Shown piece after piece: positions 1-12,528 of a stretch of DNA of 64,000 nt. Position numbers and translations under genes: made by a program. The stretch is from positions 64,854,001-64,918,000 of the forward strand of contig CM052816.1 of the NCBI GenBank assembly GCA_028534125.1, in the 5' to 3' direction. Source of the stretch: Lama glama. Its lineage: Eukaryota. Each line of letters opens with the position of its first letter. The first letter of the stretch is position 1. The notes beneath the pieces are model-generated. The model saw only the letters and a program-made list of their open reading frames with translations. It was not told the DNA's origin and made no database searches.

Positions 1-254
1 AATAAAGGGGGGAAAAAGATCAGGCAATGGTCAGCAATGAAAAAGCTAGGAAATAGAAACAGAGAGCTCAAATTAAACTGTTTTTGAGAATTTAAGTATT
101 CTTACCTGTATTGGAACTGAGGAAAGCTATCTATTAGCACTTCAAGATTCAAAGGCAGAACTAAAAATGAGTCCTGCTATGACATTTGAACAGATTGAAA
201 AATAACATCCTTGGGACTGGATGCCAAGGACTTAGCGTTATAGATGTAGCAGAT

Positions 255-400
255 CTTCTCTTTGATCACATCCATACCATTCCATGGGTCACCCATGTGT
301 TGACGATTTTCAGTTCTTATCTTCATCTCAACTCTGTCTCCTAAACTCAAGACTAGCACATCTGCCTGACTTCAGCTGTATATTCTTGGATGTTCAATAT
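255..400 (+). mobile_element. L2 LINE fragment (ORF2 RT region)
   Basis: Degenerate match to the recalled L2 segment gatctcatccagtcccatgg...tatgctgatgac...cctgaactccagact...acttggatgtc. Confidence 0.45.
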
Positions 401-980
401 ATGAGCGCCTTGGTTCCAATTTAGTGGTCCCCAAGCCATTGTTTCAGAAAGTACGTGTTGGATGTGAATTCTGTGTAGTTAAACAAACAAACAAACCCAC
501 AGAATACTGTACAAAATATCAGAGTGCAGTATAGATAATCAGTAGATATTTTTATGAACTATTTGTTTTCAATGCCTATGTAAATTCGTATGTATTATTG
601 TGATAAAAATATATTTCTTAATTTTAGTTGTAGTAAAAATTAAAAAAAAACCTGCTCTAAATTTCATCTCTACCTACCTACATAGTGAGATGATTGTGAG
701 GATTTAATGAATGTGAAGTCTTCTCAGAAAGTATAATATTGCTCAAATATTACTAGTGATAATAGGTAATTGTGAAAGATGCTTATATTACACATGGTTT
801 ATCCTTTACATATAATTAAAAATCACATGATTTGTCCTTTGCATTTAGGTAAAAATACCTTTTACCTTTGGTTCATATTTTATAGAGTTATATTTAGTTT
901 TTCATTCCTAATTGTCTTGGAATTAGCATTTTAAAGTGTTTTGAGAGTTTCTTCAGGGATAATCTATGTTCTGTTTTGTT

Positions 981-1176
981 CTTTTTTTTAACTTTTTTTT
1001 TATTGAGTTATAGTCATTTTACAATGCTGTGTCGAATTCCAGTGTAGAGCACAATTTTTCAGTTATACATGAACATACATATATTCATTGTCACATTTTT
1101 TTTTTCGCTGTGAGTTACCACAAGATCTTGTATATATTTCCCTGTGCTATACAGTGTAATCTTATTTATCTATTCT
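981..1176 (-). mobile_element. Young camelid L1 3' end
   Basis: Poly-T tail then attgagttatagtcattttacaatg...cacaagatcttgtatatatttccctgtgc; near-identical copies at 7381, 18814, 35920, 39590 and 57170-57360. Confidence 0.85.
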
Positions 1177-1467
1177 GTTTTTATAACAAGGAAACTGGCA
1201 GTAGTTTTCATTTTGAAACCTGGCTTTCATTTTGAACTCTCAGAAAAATGGTTTTGTGTGCCCTTGTCGTTGTAAAAGACCTAGTTTCAAATTTAGCTAC
1301 ATTGAAAAATTCTCTGTTCTTTTTACTCTCTAATCCTTGACTCAAGTTGAAGAATGCAGAATGATATTTTATTTGACTGTCTGCTTGTTGAGTCTTTGGG
1401 CATACTCTTGGAGCCAACATTTCTACTTCTATGAATTCATCCTTAGGAAATAATTGTCCACTTGGTA

Positions 1468-1710
1468 ATATAGCATGGTATTGAGGGAGTACACGCCCTA
1501 GTCTGGGTGGGCTCAAATGCCACTCTGCCACTGACTAGCTGTGTGATTTCAGCAAAGGATACAATCTCTTTAAGCTTCACTTTTCTTTATTTGTAAATGG
1601 GAATGATAGTTTTGTCTATTTCGTAGAGATTCTTGTAAAGGTTAAATGAGATACCATTACTGCTTAACCCATTATTAGATACATAACAAAATGCTTAATA
1701 AGTGTTAGCT
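1468..1710 (+). mobile_element. MIR SINE
   Basis: Core ctctgccactgactagctgtgtgat...tgtaaatggg...gttaaatgagata, ending taagtgttagct. Confidence 0.7.
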
Positions 1711-1711
1711 G

Positions 1712-1909
1712 TTTTTTCCCTTTTTTAGGGAGGGCATTATTAGGTTTATTTATTTATTTAGATAAAAATACCTTTTTCTTCCTTCCTTCCTTCCTTCTTA
1801 CCTTTCCTTCATGGAGGAACTGGAGATTGAACCCAGGACCTTGTGTACGCTAAGCCCAGGGCCTCGTGCATGCTAAGCACACATTCTACCACTGAGCTAT
1901 ACCCTCCCC
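1712..1909 (-). mobile_element. tRNA-Ala-derived camelid SINE (vic-1 type) with internal 24-bp duplication
   Basis: Minus strand reads GGGGAGGGTATAGCTCAGTGGTAGAATGTGTGCTTAGC...; tgttagct on both sides (TSD); the cccaggRccYYgtgYaYgctaag segment occurs twice. Confidence 0.85.
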
Positions 1910-4144
1910 GCTAATGTTAGCTACTTTCATAATCATTATACATTAGGTTTATTGTTATAAATGTTAGCTGCTATTATTAGTTTTAAATTCTAAAGAAGGA
2001 AAAATAAGCTCCAAAACCACTATCAAGCTTAAAATTCTCTTCTGCTGCTATAGTGGAAGATCTTTGACTCAGATTCTAAAATATTTTGTGAAATCCACGT
2101 GCTTTTACAAGTGGTAGAAATCAGTCTGCTCCCATCAAGATAATAGCACGGAAGTGCTGCAAATCTCTATTTCCTGTAAACATAGCTTCTATTTTACTTG
2201 CAATCTCTTCTTCTAGTTTTATTTGGGATGTTTAATGATGTGATAAGCCGGAGCACAGTTAAGTATCCTCATGGCCTGATTTCCCCGCTTGTCTGCAGCA
2301 TCTGTGGTTCTAATACCAACGGAATTGTAGCATTGTGACTTTTTATACTATTGCCTCTTTAAACGTTCAAAAACATGAAAACAGAATGATTTATATTCAC
2401 TTGCAAATTTTCTAAGTTTTCTACCAATTACTAGTTTCATGACTTCAAATTGCAGCCTTGATGTAGTTGAAAAATGCTATTAGTTTATATCCTACGTTCA
2501 GTCTCTTTAAAAATATATATTTATTTAATGGTCACTAGATTTTTAAGAGTTTTTTTGGATTCCTGGACATTTTGCCAAAGGGTTACTTTAGATATAATAC
2601 AATGATGATAGGTGGCTGATGGATGAACTTTCTAAACAAAATCCAAAATTAAAATGGTTTTCAACTAGAACACATATTGTATCCAAGAAAAGTATGCCTA
2701 TGAGTGTTAATATGTATACAGAGTATGGTATTAAGTAGAGAGTGTAATCTTTTAATTGATAATTAATAATTACTGACCATTTACTTTTAATACCAAATTA
2801 AAACCAAGTAGGTTTTATTGAGAGAAGATTGCTAATTTCGTGTTGTTAATTATGTATGTAATGGATTCATAGGTTTGAATCTCAGCTAAAAGAAAAGTCA
2901 AAGTCTTTTAACTACTTTGGGCTTTGGTTTCTTTGTCTATAAAATGGAGCAGTATTTCCTATTCTATAGGATAGTCAAAATGATTAAATGTGAACAGACA
3001 GAATTGTTTAATATATAGTAATGGGCCAAGAAGGCACTTGGTAATGTTCAGACTTCCAAGTTGGGGTGGGGGGCAGGATTTTCAAAATCTCATTTGATTC
3101 ATAAGCAAACAAAATAGTGATATTACTGATCTAAGTCTTTTCAGTCACTCGTGACATTTATTTAGCGTCTGTAGTGTTCCAGGCACCAGAGCAGGAAATA
3201 AAAAGTATATGCTTGCCAAAATCAAGATTTGCAGTATATAAAATCTTCCTGTGTGAATTATGTATTTTTATATTTCCAAAATCTAGCATTGTTCCTGGCA
3301 TATCATACATGCCACTAAATATTTACTGAATGTTAAAGATAATTTTTGTCCCCAAGTCAGAGACTAGTTGGAACTTGAAAGGGTTGGATATGGACCAATA
3401 AATGGGTGAAAGCAGTTTCATCCATTTAGGAAGCTTGAAGATGGTTGTACCCAGAGACAAATATAGTCGAAGAGAGCACAGTATTAGAATAGCCAAGTCA
3501 TACTGGGTGGGGAGGGAGGTCATGTAACATGACTGAATCAGCACACTTAGCCAAAAAAAAAAAAAATAGCTTAAGTGAGAGGAACGGTTATTTGACAGGT
3601 GTTATTTAGAAAGAAGAACCATTTGGCAGTGAAATGACTCTTAAGAGCATTAGTCCTGTTATTTAGAGAGTCATGAGAGTCATGACTATGAGGTCATGCA
3701 AGGCAGTGACCCTGCTCATCCCGAGGGAATAGTACAAAGGGGAGACTTCAGGGCAGCGATGGCACATTCGTGTTCACGCTCTTGCTCTCTTGCTCTCTTG
3801 GACCTGTTAACACTGTGAGTGCTGACGGTTAAGTTGGACTGAACCTGACAACTCTTGGTTCACTGGGAAAGAATGCTATGAAAATTTATTCATATCTGTC
3901 AAGGGTATGGGAGGGGGAAATGGCTGTAGTTCTTTTATATAATTGCCATCCCTAGTTGATGGTTTGTATTTCCTGTCACTTTGTGAGTGACAATGGATCT
4001 ATAAGCAGTTGGCCCAGTATGGTTGAACATATGAATATGCTTTATATGACTTTAGAAGTATATATTTTGTAAAAATATGAACATAAAACAGTCAAGTAGG
4101 CTATAGGTTTTAAAAGGTTAAAATCTTTTTTTTTCCTAAATCAG

Positions 4145-4311
4145 GTTTGTTACAGAAAGAGAACATGGCCATTGAAGCATTTCAGATTTGCTGCCTCCTC
4201 CTGCCCCCTGAAAATAGGAGAAAGTTACAGCTGTTGATGAGGATGATGGCAAGGATCTGCTTAAATAAGGAGATGCCACCACTCTGTGATGGCGTTGGCA
4301 CCCGAACACTG
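4145..4311 (+). CDS. DEPDC1B: DEPDC1B coding exon (4th from last; RhoGAP-like region)
   Basis: Acceptor tttttttttcctaaatcAG at 4143-4144, donor CTG|GTAGGT. 2 nt + 55 codons read (G)[55 protein letters not shown], recognisable as DEPDC1B. Not in the ORF track. Confidence 0.95.
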
Positions 4312-5390
4312 GTAGGTTGATTTCTAACACCTAACAGGACTTGAGTTTTGGGGGTAAAATTCACTTGAGTAAAGTTTACTAGCATGGCAACCAGAGGAAG
4401 GTACAAGGCAGGCTTACTTAAAGAGCCATCCAGACTGGTATTGTGCTGTTGGTCTTAGTGACTTAAAGAACATAGTGAAAAGCGAAGAGTGAGTCAGGGT
4501 GGACTCTGAGAGTAGAGGTATCTGCTGCTTCCTGCTCACTGTCCATGCAAAGAGAAGAAAGTGTGGGCAGAAAGGGAAACTGGGCTCCCAAGAAACAGCA
4601 TTCTCTCCTCCAGGACAAAAAGGATGGCCCAGCCTTGGTGACTATAACCAGTAGGAGAGATGCTGTATATATCATGGATTAGAGAGGGGAAAAGTGAAAT
4701 ATAGCGTTGGACCAGACAACTTGGAAGGAGAGAGAGAACTTTTGTTTCTCGGAGTGTGATCTGAGGGTCCGTGAGTGAGGATATTTCTGAATATATTCTC
4801 AATTTTGCTTAAAAATCTAGGCTGATTTTGAATTCTACTTTGTCATGTCAGCAAGTGTTTTAAAATAGGGTTTATGTTTAATGTTACTTACTAGCAAAAT
4901 TTCTTAATTTTCCAAAATTTCTAAAATTTCTTAAATTTCCTAACTTTAAAAAAAAAAATCTTAGAGCAAAGCTGATATTTCATTGGGATGTACATCCTTT
5001 CCATATGCTGGTGAACCACGGTGTATGCCTAAGAGTCCACTGGCCGCTTTTAGAGGTGTGGCGTAAGATCAGAGGACCAATCAGTGCCCGGTAGAGTGAT
5101 CTTGACCTTTTTTTTGGGTGGGTGGATAGGTAGCGGGGCTAATGGGCCTTTTTGAAAAGCTGAAGAAAACTTGGCACATGTTCCCCAGAAGAATGCATTT
5201 ATAAAGTTGTGCATACAATTTCAAGGCAATCACAGATCTCTTGGGGTCCATAAGTCTCCAGAAAAGAGTCTTTATGTGTTTATGTGTCTTTCTCTCTACG
5301 TAAATGTGAGTGAAGATAAAGTATCATCTGCAGTATGCTGATGAAATGAAGTCTTATTAAACAGAATTACATGATATCATACTTGAAGGG

Positions 5391-5750
5391 TTTTTTTTTA
5401 AATTGAAGTATAGTTGATATACAATACTATGTGAGTTGTAGGTGTACAATATAGTAATCCACAACTTTTAAAGGCTATACTTAATTTATAGTTACTATAA
5501 ACGTGGGCTATATTCCCTGTGCTGTGCAATATATCCTTGTAGCTTATTTGATATCCTTGTACCTCTTAATCATGGGGGTACTTCCCATCCCCTTTGCTTT
5601 CCCCGCTCATAGCTACTAGTTTGTTCTCTATATTTGTGAGACTGTTTCTTTTTTGTTATATTCACTAGTTTCTTATATTTTTTAGATTCCACATATAAGT
5701 GATATCATATAGTATTTGTCTTTCTCTGCCTGACTTATTTTATTTAAGTG
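5391..5750 (-). mobile_element. L1 3' UTR fragment
   Basis: ttttttttaaattgaagtatagttgat...tagattccacatataagtgatatcat, the typical reverse-complement L1 3' end. Confidence 0.8.
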
Positions 5751-6489
5751 CTTTTAAGTTTTGAAATAAGATATCATCAATAAAATCAATTGGAAAAGGA
5801 AAAAAAAAGTCCATTCAAAGGACAGTATTAAGAATGGAGTGGAAAAAAAAAGAATGGAGTAGCTAAAATGAACTCTATGGAAGCGACTGCTGTAATAATA
5901 TTTTTTATATTTCATCACTTAGTACACTTCTTGTGGTGTCTCATGGTTTTTTGTTCAAAGGTGTTTGTCAAATGTACATACAAAATCCTAGAGAAAACAA
6001 TAGTTAACTAGGAAAAACTATGATGGTTGAAGCATGCAGACTGTACTAACAGATTTTTTTTTTCAAAAAAAAAAAGAATAATGAACTTAGGATATTGTTA
6101 GACTAAATGGCTGTAAAGTATTTTGAACTTAAAAGTACTGCATGATTGAAGTTGTGCTGGTGATAATAATTTTCAGAATTTGTTTAAATATATATTTAAA
6201 ACCGTCTACAACAGGGGGTGCCTTTAAAAACCTCTCAGACAGCATCTCTGGTAAGTCTCGGAGAGATGACATGCACATTTTGTTCATGCTGGTTGATGAG
6301 AAAATCAGCCCATCTGAAATGACCAGGTGTGGTCAGGAGCCAGGTAAGATGTGCGCCCTGTGCTGTGGGCCATTTCTCACTGACTAGTCACATTTGCTTT
6401 TTGCAAATCAGATTTCAGGCAGTTCAGAATAGGGAAAAAACTTTACGTGTGTTTATTTAAAAATTCAACCCCCCTCTTTTTTTTTTAAG

Positions 6490-6666
6490 ATGGTTCAGAC
6501 ATTTTCCCGTTGCATCTTGTGTTCCAAGGGTGAGGTGGACTTGGATGACTTATTAGCTGCTAGGCTGGTGACATTTCTGATGGACAATTTTGAGGAGATT
6601 CTGAAAGTCCCTTTGGCCTTGCAGACCTCCATAGAGGAGCGTGTAGCCCATCTACGAAGAGTCCAG
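6490..6666 (+). CDS. DEPDC1B: DEPDC1B coding exon (3rd from last)
   Basis: Poly-T acceptor AG at 6488-6489, donor CAG|GTAAAG. 177 nt, phase 0-0, [59 protein letters not shown]. Confidence 0.96.
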
Positions 6667-7119
6667 GTAAAGGAAGAGATATTATCAGTCCTATACAATT
6701 GCTGGCAGAAAGTCCTGTCAGTTTGCTAGCCTTCTTGGGACTTTTTGTTACAAGTATTAAGTGAATTAATACGTACAAAGTGCTTACAACAGGGCTTGGC
6801 ACATAGTAAGAACCACATGAGTTTATTATTATCTTTGAAAATTTATGGAATGGCCACTAGGTTTTGTTGTGTCAGCTAACGCTACGGACTTTTGATTGTT
6901 CAGAATCTACGTATACTTCCTGATGGAAAGGATTTAAATGCAGTAATGTTTTGATTCATAATAGCCCTGCGACTTAGATACATTTTTTGGGTAAGAAGGC
7001 TGAGGCCCAGAGAACTTGAGTAATTTGTCCAAGGTCACAGAGCCAGCATTCAAACTGATGTGGTCATTCTCCAGAATTAGTGCTCTTAACTACCTTGCCA
7101 GACTGCATTACTGTAAAAC

Positions 7120-7345
7120 ATGGTGTTGTAGGGCACGGCTTTAGAGCCGTAAGGATCTGGGCCAAACTCCTGGCTCCGCTCTTTCATGGTTGTATGGCTC
7201 TGGGCAAGTCCTTTAACCCCTCTGGATTTTAGTTTCTCTAAGTGTTAAAATGGGCCATACCTATTCTGTGAAGAGTTGTGAAGAGCAGAATACTACATTG
7301 TAAAATTGCTAGCATAAATATCTGGCATATGGCAGATGCTTTTTG
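7120..7345 (+). mobile_element. MIR SINE
   Basis: ggctttagagcc...ctgggcaagtcctttaacccctctgg...ttagtttctc core. Confidence 0.6.
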
Positions 7346-7380
7346 AAAGGTAGCTATTTTTATTGTTGTTGTTATTGTTT

Positions 7381-7641
7381 TTTTTAACTTTTTTTTATTG
7401 ATTTATAATCATTTTACAATGTTGTGTCAAATTCCAGTGTGGAGCACAATTTTTCAGTTATACATGAACATATATATATTCATTGTCACATTCCTGTCTC
7501 TGTGAGCTACCATAAGATCTTGTATATATTTCCCTGTGCTATACAGTATAATCTTTTTTATCTATTCTACAATTTTGAAATCCCAGTCTATCTCTTCCCA
7601 CCCCCACCCCCTTGGCAACCACAAGTCTGTATTCTGTGTCT
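7381..7641 (-). mobile_element. Young camelid L1 3' end running into the assembly gap
   Basis: Same 3' UTR sequence as 981-1176, extending further 5' until the N run. Confidence 0.85.
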
Positions 7642-7741
7642 NNNNNNNNNNNNNNNNNNNNNNNNNNNNNNNNNNNNNNNNNNNNNNNNNNNNNNNNNNN
7701 NNNNNNNNNNNNNNNNNNNNNNNNNNNNNNNNNNNNNNNNN
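7642..7741. other. Assembly gap (100 N)
   Basis: Exactly 100 N, a standard placeholder for a gap of unknown size. Confidence 0.99.
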
Positions 7742-10413
7742 TTTTTTTTTTTTTTTTTGAGTGGCTCACACATTTTTTGAGGCTCCACAATTAAGGACCA
7801 ATGAACTACTACCTCTTAAAGTATTAAAGTGAATAACTGTTCAGCTGCTTTCAGTGTACAATTTCCAAATTAAAATAAATTTTTTCTTCCTAACTTTTGA
7901 TAATTATTAACCTAATACATTAAAGGAATTTGGAAAATATAGAAAATAACACACCAGAAAATATCAGAGTAACACCAAATGTTCAGTTGGTGTCATTGTC
8001 TTTTAGCTGTTTTTCTGTTTCCCTCTCTGCCTCCTCCTCTCTCCCACCCTTGTTCCCTCCCTGCCTCCTTTCCTTCCTTCCCTTCTTCTTTTGTTTCTCT
8101 TTTATAACTTTCTTTTTCTTAACAACACAACAAGAAAAATTTCCCACATCATTAAATATTCTTGATTGACACAGAATGGCCACGAGCATTCTGGAGCTAA
8201 ATGGTGTTTGAATTTCTGACGTGCCCTTTATTTCTGTGTGACTTTGGCCTGTTATGTAACGTCTCTCTGCTTTAGCACCTGCCCCAGCGTTTCCTTTCTC
8301 ATCTGTACAATGGGCTAAAAATAGTTAATACTTACCTCCTAGGGCTATTTTGGGGATTGAATGTCAAGTGCTTAGAATAGTGTTTATCATGTAGTCAGCC
8401 CTCATCTGGTAGCCACTGTTGTTATTCTCATCATCATTGTTATATTATTCCACAATATCAGTATTATTGGTAACATAATATTTCATAATATGGATATACC
8501 ATTATTTATATAAATAGGTTTTTTGGTTGATATTTAGATTATTTCTGTTTTTTAAAATTATTTTGCAGGCATTAAAACAGTAAATATTTTTTATAGTTTT
8601 TTTTTTGGTTGATCTGTGATTATTTTCTAAGAATAAATTCTTAGGAGTGGCATTGCGTGATCAAAGACCACAAATGTATGCTAAGCATTGATTGCATATT
8701 GTCAGATTTCCCTTTAGAGTGATTGTCCTAATTTACATTCCCACCAGTCGTATCAGAAAGTGTTCATTTCTTTACACTTTTGCCTCCTTTGATATTACTA
8801 CTGACATACATACCTTCGCCATACTAATGAGTGAGAAGTATAATCTTACTGCTGTTTTGGTTTACTCTCCCACCTTCCCCTGATATTTTTATAAGCCAAA
8901 CTTAAAAAATAAAAACATAAAAAAGAAAAGAAATAATTCACTGAATCTTGGCAAGGAAGTGCTGGCCATAACTCCGTCACCCTGCATCCTTGCTGGGTTT
9001 ATGTATGCATGTAGCAGGAGCGTAGCCCCGTGAGCCCTTCCCTGGCGGCTGAAGAGCAGAAGGCTGAGCAATGATGATTAATTCAACTACAGGGTCACTG
9101 ATCCTATGCTGGGGAACTGCAAGGGCTCTGGTAAAATCAGTAACTACCCCATTGTCTGGTTACGTTTTCTCTTAGAAGTACATACTCGGTAGAATTGCCA
9201 AACAGTTCTTTGTTTTAGCGCTCAGAGCTTTTAGATCTCTGTTCTGTCACACAGGCCACTCAGCACCCCCTCCCTCCCGTATATGACATTTGGGGTGTCT
9301 CCTCTCTGAAAACCAAGTGTTACTTGGACTGTCCTAGTGAATTGTCTGGGGCAGGTTCAGGGCTGACCCTGGCATAGATGAACAGTGAGGTCAGCCTGGT
9401 TTTCGACACCAATCTTTTATTGACCTTGTCTGCAGCCCTCTTCCTCGTATGCCTTTTAATCATAGGTATCTAGTGTTTTTCTTGTGTCCCAGGCTTCGAG
9501 CTGTCACATTTTACCTGGGCCTCACCCTTTATTCTGGCCCTTTTCTGCTTTTTTCAGACTTCTTGCTTCAAATAAGAAAGGAAGTGTCCTGTGTATGCCC
9601 CTTTTCCTTATGGTTCTGGTCTGTCTCTCTTAGGTTGTCTCTACTTGATCTGGTAAACTTGAGGCATGGAATGTCCTTCATGTTAATAACCCTTCTTGGC
9701 AATGTATTTATTTTTAACTGTGGATTCAGGAAAAAAAACATCTGAAACCAAAGACATGAATGTAACAGTAGAAATTTTATCCACTGCAAGAGAACAGTAG
9801 GTGCTCTGTTTTTGAGAAGATGAACCTCTTGGACTCTGAAATTAAATATTTTTAGTGGATGCTTTCATTTACAGATCTTGGTATTTTTTCCTTCCCATTT
9901 CTCCAGTCTGCCTTTTGCCCTGTGCAGTATCTGCACATTTATTTTCACATGTTTCACATCATTACCCAGTTTAGAGATGGGTTCAGTAAGTACTTCTCTC
10001 CACATAACAAGATGAGTTAAATTTGTGCCTCGGTCCATCCCCCAGGGAGGGAAGGTCAGATCCTCCAGATGTGAGAAGAACCCAGAGAGTTCATATTGTG
10101 TGTTTTGAATTGTTTTAGCCCACATGTTTAGTTTATGTCTAAATTTTAGCTCTGATTAGAAGAGGGTACAAAGTTTTTTGCTAATTGAAATGGCTCTTGG
10201 GTTAAAAGGGTAAAAATTCATATTTAAAATTGCAGCTTTATGTGATTTTTTTTAACCTGAAGTTATTGAAGCGCTTTTACTTTTCAATGTAGAGTTTTTC
10301 CCAAATTGAGGAACGTCATAGCATCCCTACGAGGAGATACGCTCTACTTGACCTGAACTAATTTTAGGGATTTATTTGAAAATGCACTTTCACTAATAAT
10401 CCCTTTGCCTCAG

Positions 10414-10599
10414 ATAAAATACCCAGGAGCTGACATGGACATCACTCCGTCTGCTCCATCATTTTGCCGTCAAATTAGCCCAGAGGAATTTGAATACCAG
10501 AGAGCCTACGGCTCTCAGGAACCTCTAGCAGCCTTATTGGAGGAAGTCGTAACAGATGCCAAACTCTCCAGCAAAGAAAAGAAGAAAAAATTGAAGCAG
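10414..10599 (+). CDS. DEPDC1B: DEPDC1B penultimate coding exon
   Basis: Branch-like cactaat 10391-10397, acceptor cctcAG, donor CAG|GTAAAA. 186 nt, [62 protein letters not shown]. Confidence 0.96.
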
Positions 10600-10932
10600 G
10601 TAAAAAGGATATTCTTTATAAGTCATTTCTGCTCCCTACCGTTCTTACGTTGCCTTTTTTTTTTTTTTTTTACTTTTTACTCTCTGTTTCAAGAGATTTC
10701 ATTCGAAACTCATCTGAGACACAGCAGTTTTGAAAGTACATTATTCAATTCGTGTATTAACAACTGACCATTGTGGTCAGTTTTCGAGGTCTTTATTCTC
10801 CAGTGTGGATCTTTCACCATTATTGAACTCTTCCTTTGTGGAGCTATTCTCTCATATTTGTCCTTGGTTTTGATAAGTGGTATGATGTGAGTTAGTGGAG
10901 CAATTACTTTAAATTCAGAGAAGCTATCGAAA

Positions 10933-11444
10933 TGTTACGGAAATGACAGGCCAGCCAAGAAACAAGCACCACTTGGAGGGTTGGAGTACTCAGATGTATT
11001 ACGCCAGCGGGCTCAGAGGGGCTTCTGCTCCGAAGCTCTGAGCACCTCCAAGACGTGCACATGAGGTTTTATAGGGTTAATTACAAGTATGGGCTACTAG
11101 CCAATAAGGCTCAAACAACAAAAAGCAAGGAATCAGTACACTGAAGCTTATCAATTTGGAACAGATCACGTTACTGACACTTGATGAGCTTGGATTTACG
11201 AGTTAGCTTGTTAGCCCAGTAAACTGACAATAACTTTAGATTTACAAATTAGCCCGGCAGAACTTATATCAGTAAACCGACACTTATTACACTTAGATTT
11301 GTGACTTAGCTCGTTAGCCCAATAGACTGACACTAAACTTCAGATTTATGAGTTAGCCCAGCAGAACTCAGATCAGTAATCCGACACTTGTTGCACTTAC
11401 ATTTGTGACTTAGCTTGTTAGCCCAGCTGGGCTTTTCCTTCACA
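10933..11444 (-). mobile_element. Solo LTR (ERV1-like) in the last DEPDC1B intron, antisense
   Basis: TG...CA termini. On the minus strand: TATA box cctataaaa (about 11067-11075), AATACA poly(A)-like signal (about 10995-11000), tandem repeats in U3. R/U5 region resembles the LTR at 21.2-21.8 kb. Confidence 0.8.
11177..11427. repeat. Imperfect tandem repeat (about 103-bp period, about 2.4 copies) inside the LTR
   Basis: Units start gacactt at about 11177, 11279 and 11383, each with agattt...ttagctYgttagccca. Confidence 0.85.
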
Positions 11445-12366
11445 AAATGAGGACAGTTTCTTTTGATTTTTTTTTTGAAAGGCAAATCAGACTGAATCCA
11501 AGTGTAAAATGTGTAGAATTTAAAAGCCTTTGGTTTTAGATAGCCAATTTCAAATTGGTATCTTGCCTCAAGCACCACTAAAAGTTTTTAGTTCCTGTTA
11601 GGCAACTGGGCTTAGGAATTCAGATAATAGTTTTCAACTCAGAATGCGTTTGTTTATCTTGACCATTTTTGAAGTATTGATTCAAGAGCAAGTGAATGGT
11701 TTCTATTTTTAAAGACTGAATCCTGCCTACCTTGATTCATGATCCCTCCATATATGCAAGATTACACACAGAGCCCGAGAGGTCTAGACTCCCAATCGTA
11801 TTTTTCTCAGAGTAATTCTGGAGAAAAGTTCAGTGGTGAGGATCACAGGAAAAAAAAACTGCTTCTTTGTAAGCTTTGCATAAGGTAGTGCATGTGAGAA
11901 TGTTTTCTCTTCCACGTGGATAGAAGCAGGTAGGGCTGAGTTGGAGAAGCAGGGAGTTGTAGAAATGCAGTTAGGCCCAAATTTTCTTTAACTGTGTAAA
12001 GTACAAGTCAGACTCCCTTGTGCATATTTAAGAAGTGAGTTCTATTTATAGTTGGCAGGGGAGAAATTTTAAGCGATGTGACTCAAATGAGAGGTTTATT
12101 TGAAGATTAGATCAAATTAAAGCTGAATTAGAGCTATAGAAAGTGGAATCAAATGAGTTAAGAAAAAGAAATGGATTTGTGTTGCAGTGAATTTGTGATG
12201 TTTTCTTCTTATTCTCTTTTCTGATGGAAAGCAGTAAACATTAAAACAAAACAGAAATAGGAAAGCTTTGGAACAGAAATTCTTATTTGAAAATTAGAAT
12301 GCCCAATTTTATTGGCTCTTATCTGTTTTTTTGACCCTTCTTGGATTTTTTAATTTTATTTTTTAG

Positions 12367-12528
12367 TTTCAAAAATCCTATCCTGAAGTCTACCAAGAAC
12401 GATTTCCTACACCAGAGAGTGAAGCGCTTCTGTTTCCTGAAAAACCAAAACCGAAACCACAGCTGCTAATGTGGGCACTAAAAAACCCCTTTCAGCCATT
12501 TCAAAGAACTAGAAGTTTCCGGATGTAA
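12367..12528 (+). CDS. DEPDC1B: DEPDC1B last coding exon, including stop
   Basis: T-rich acceptor AG at 12365-12366. [53 protein letters not shown] then TAA at 12526-12528. In frame with the previous exon; not in the ORF track. Confidence 0.95.
   Translation, partial: FQKSYPEVYQERFPTPESEALLFPEKPKPKPQLLMWALKNPFQPFQRTRSFRM

Noticed and set aside
7424..7794. Five ORFs spanning this region
   Set aside because: Artefacts of reading through 100 N and a poly-T run.
11177..11427. Repeat-spacer look resembling a CRISPR array
   Set aside because: The 'spacers' are themselves repeated, the array lies inside a TG...CA LTR in a mammalian intron, and there are no cas genes.
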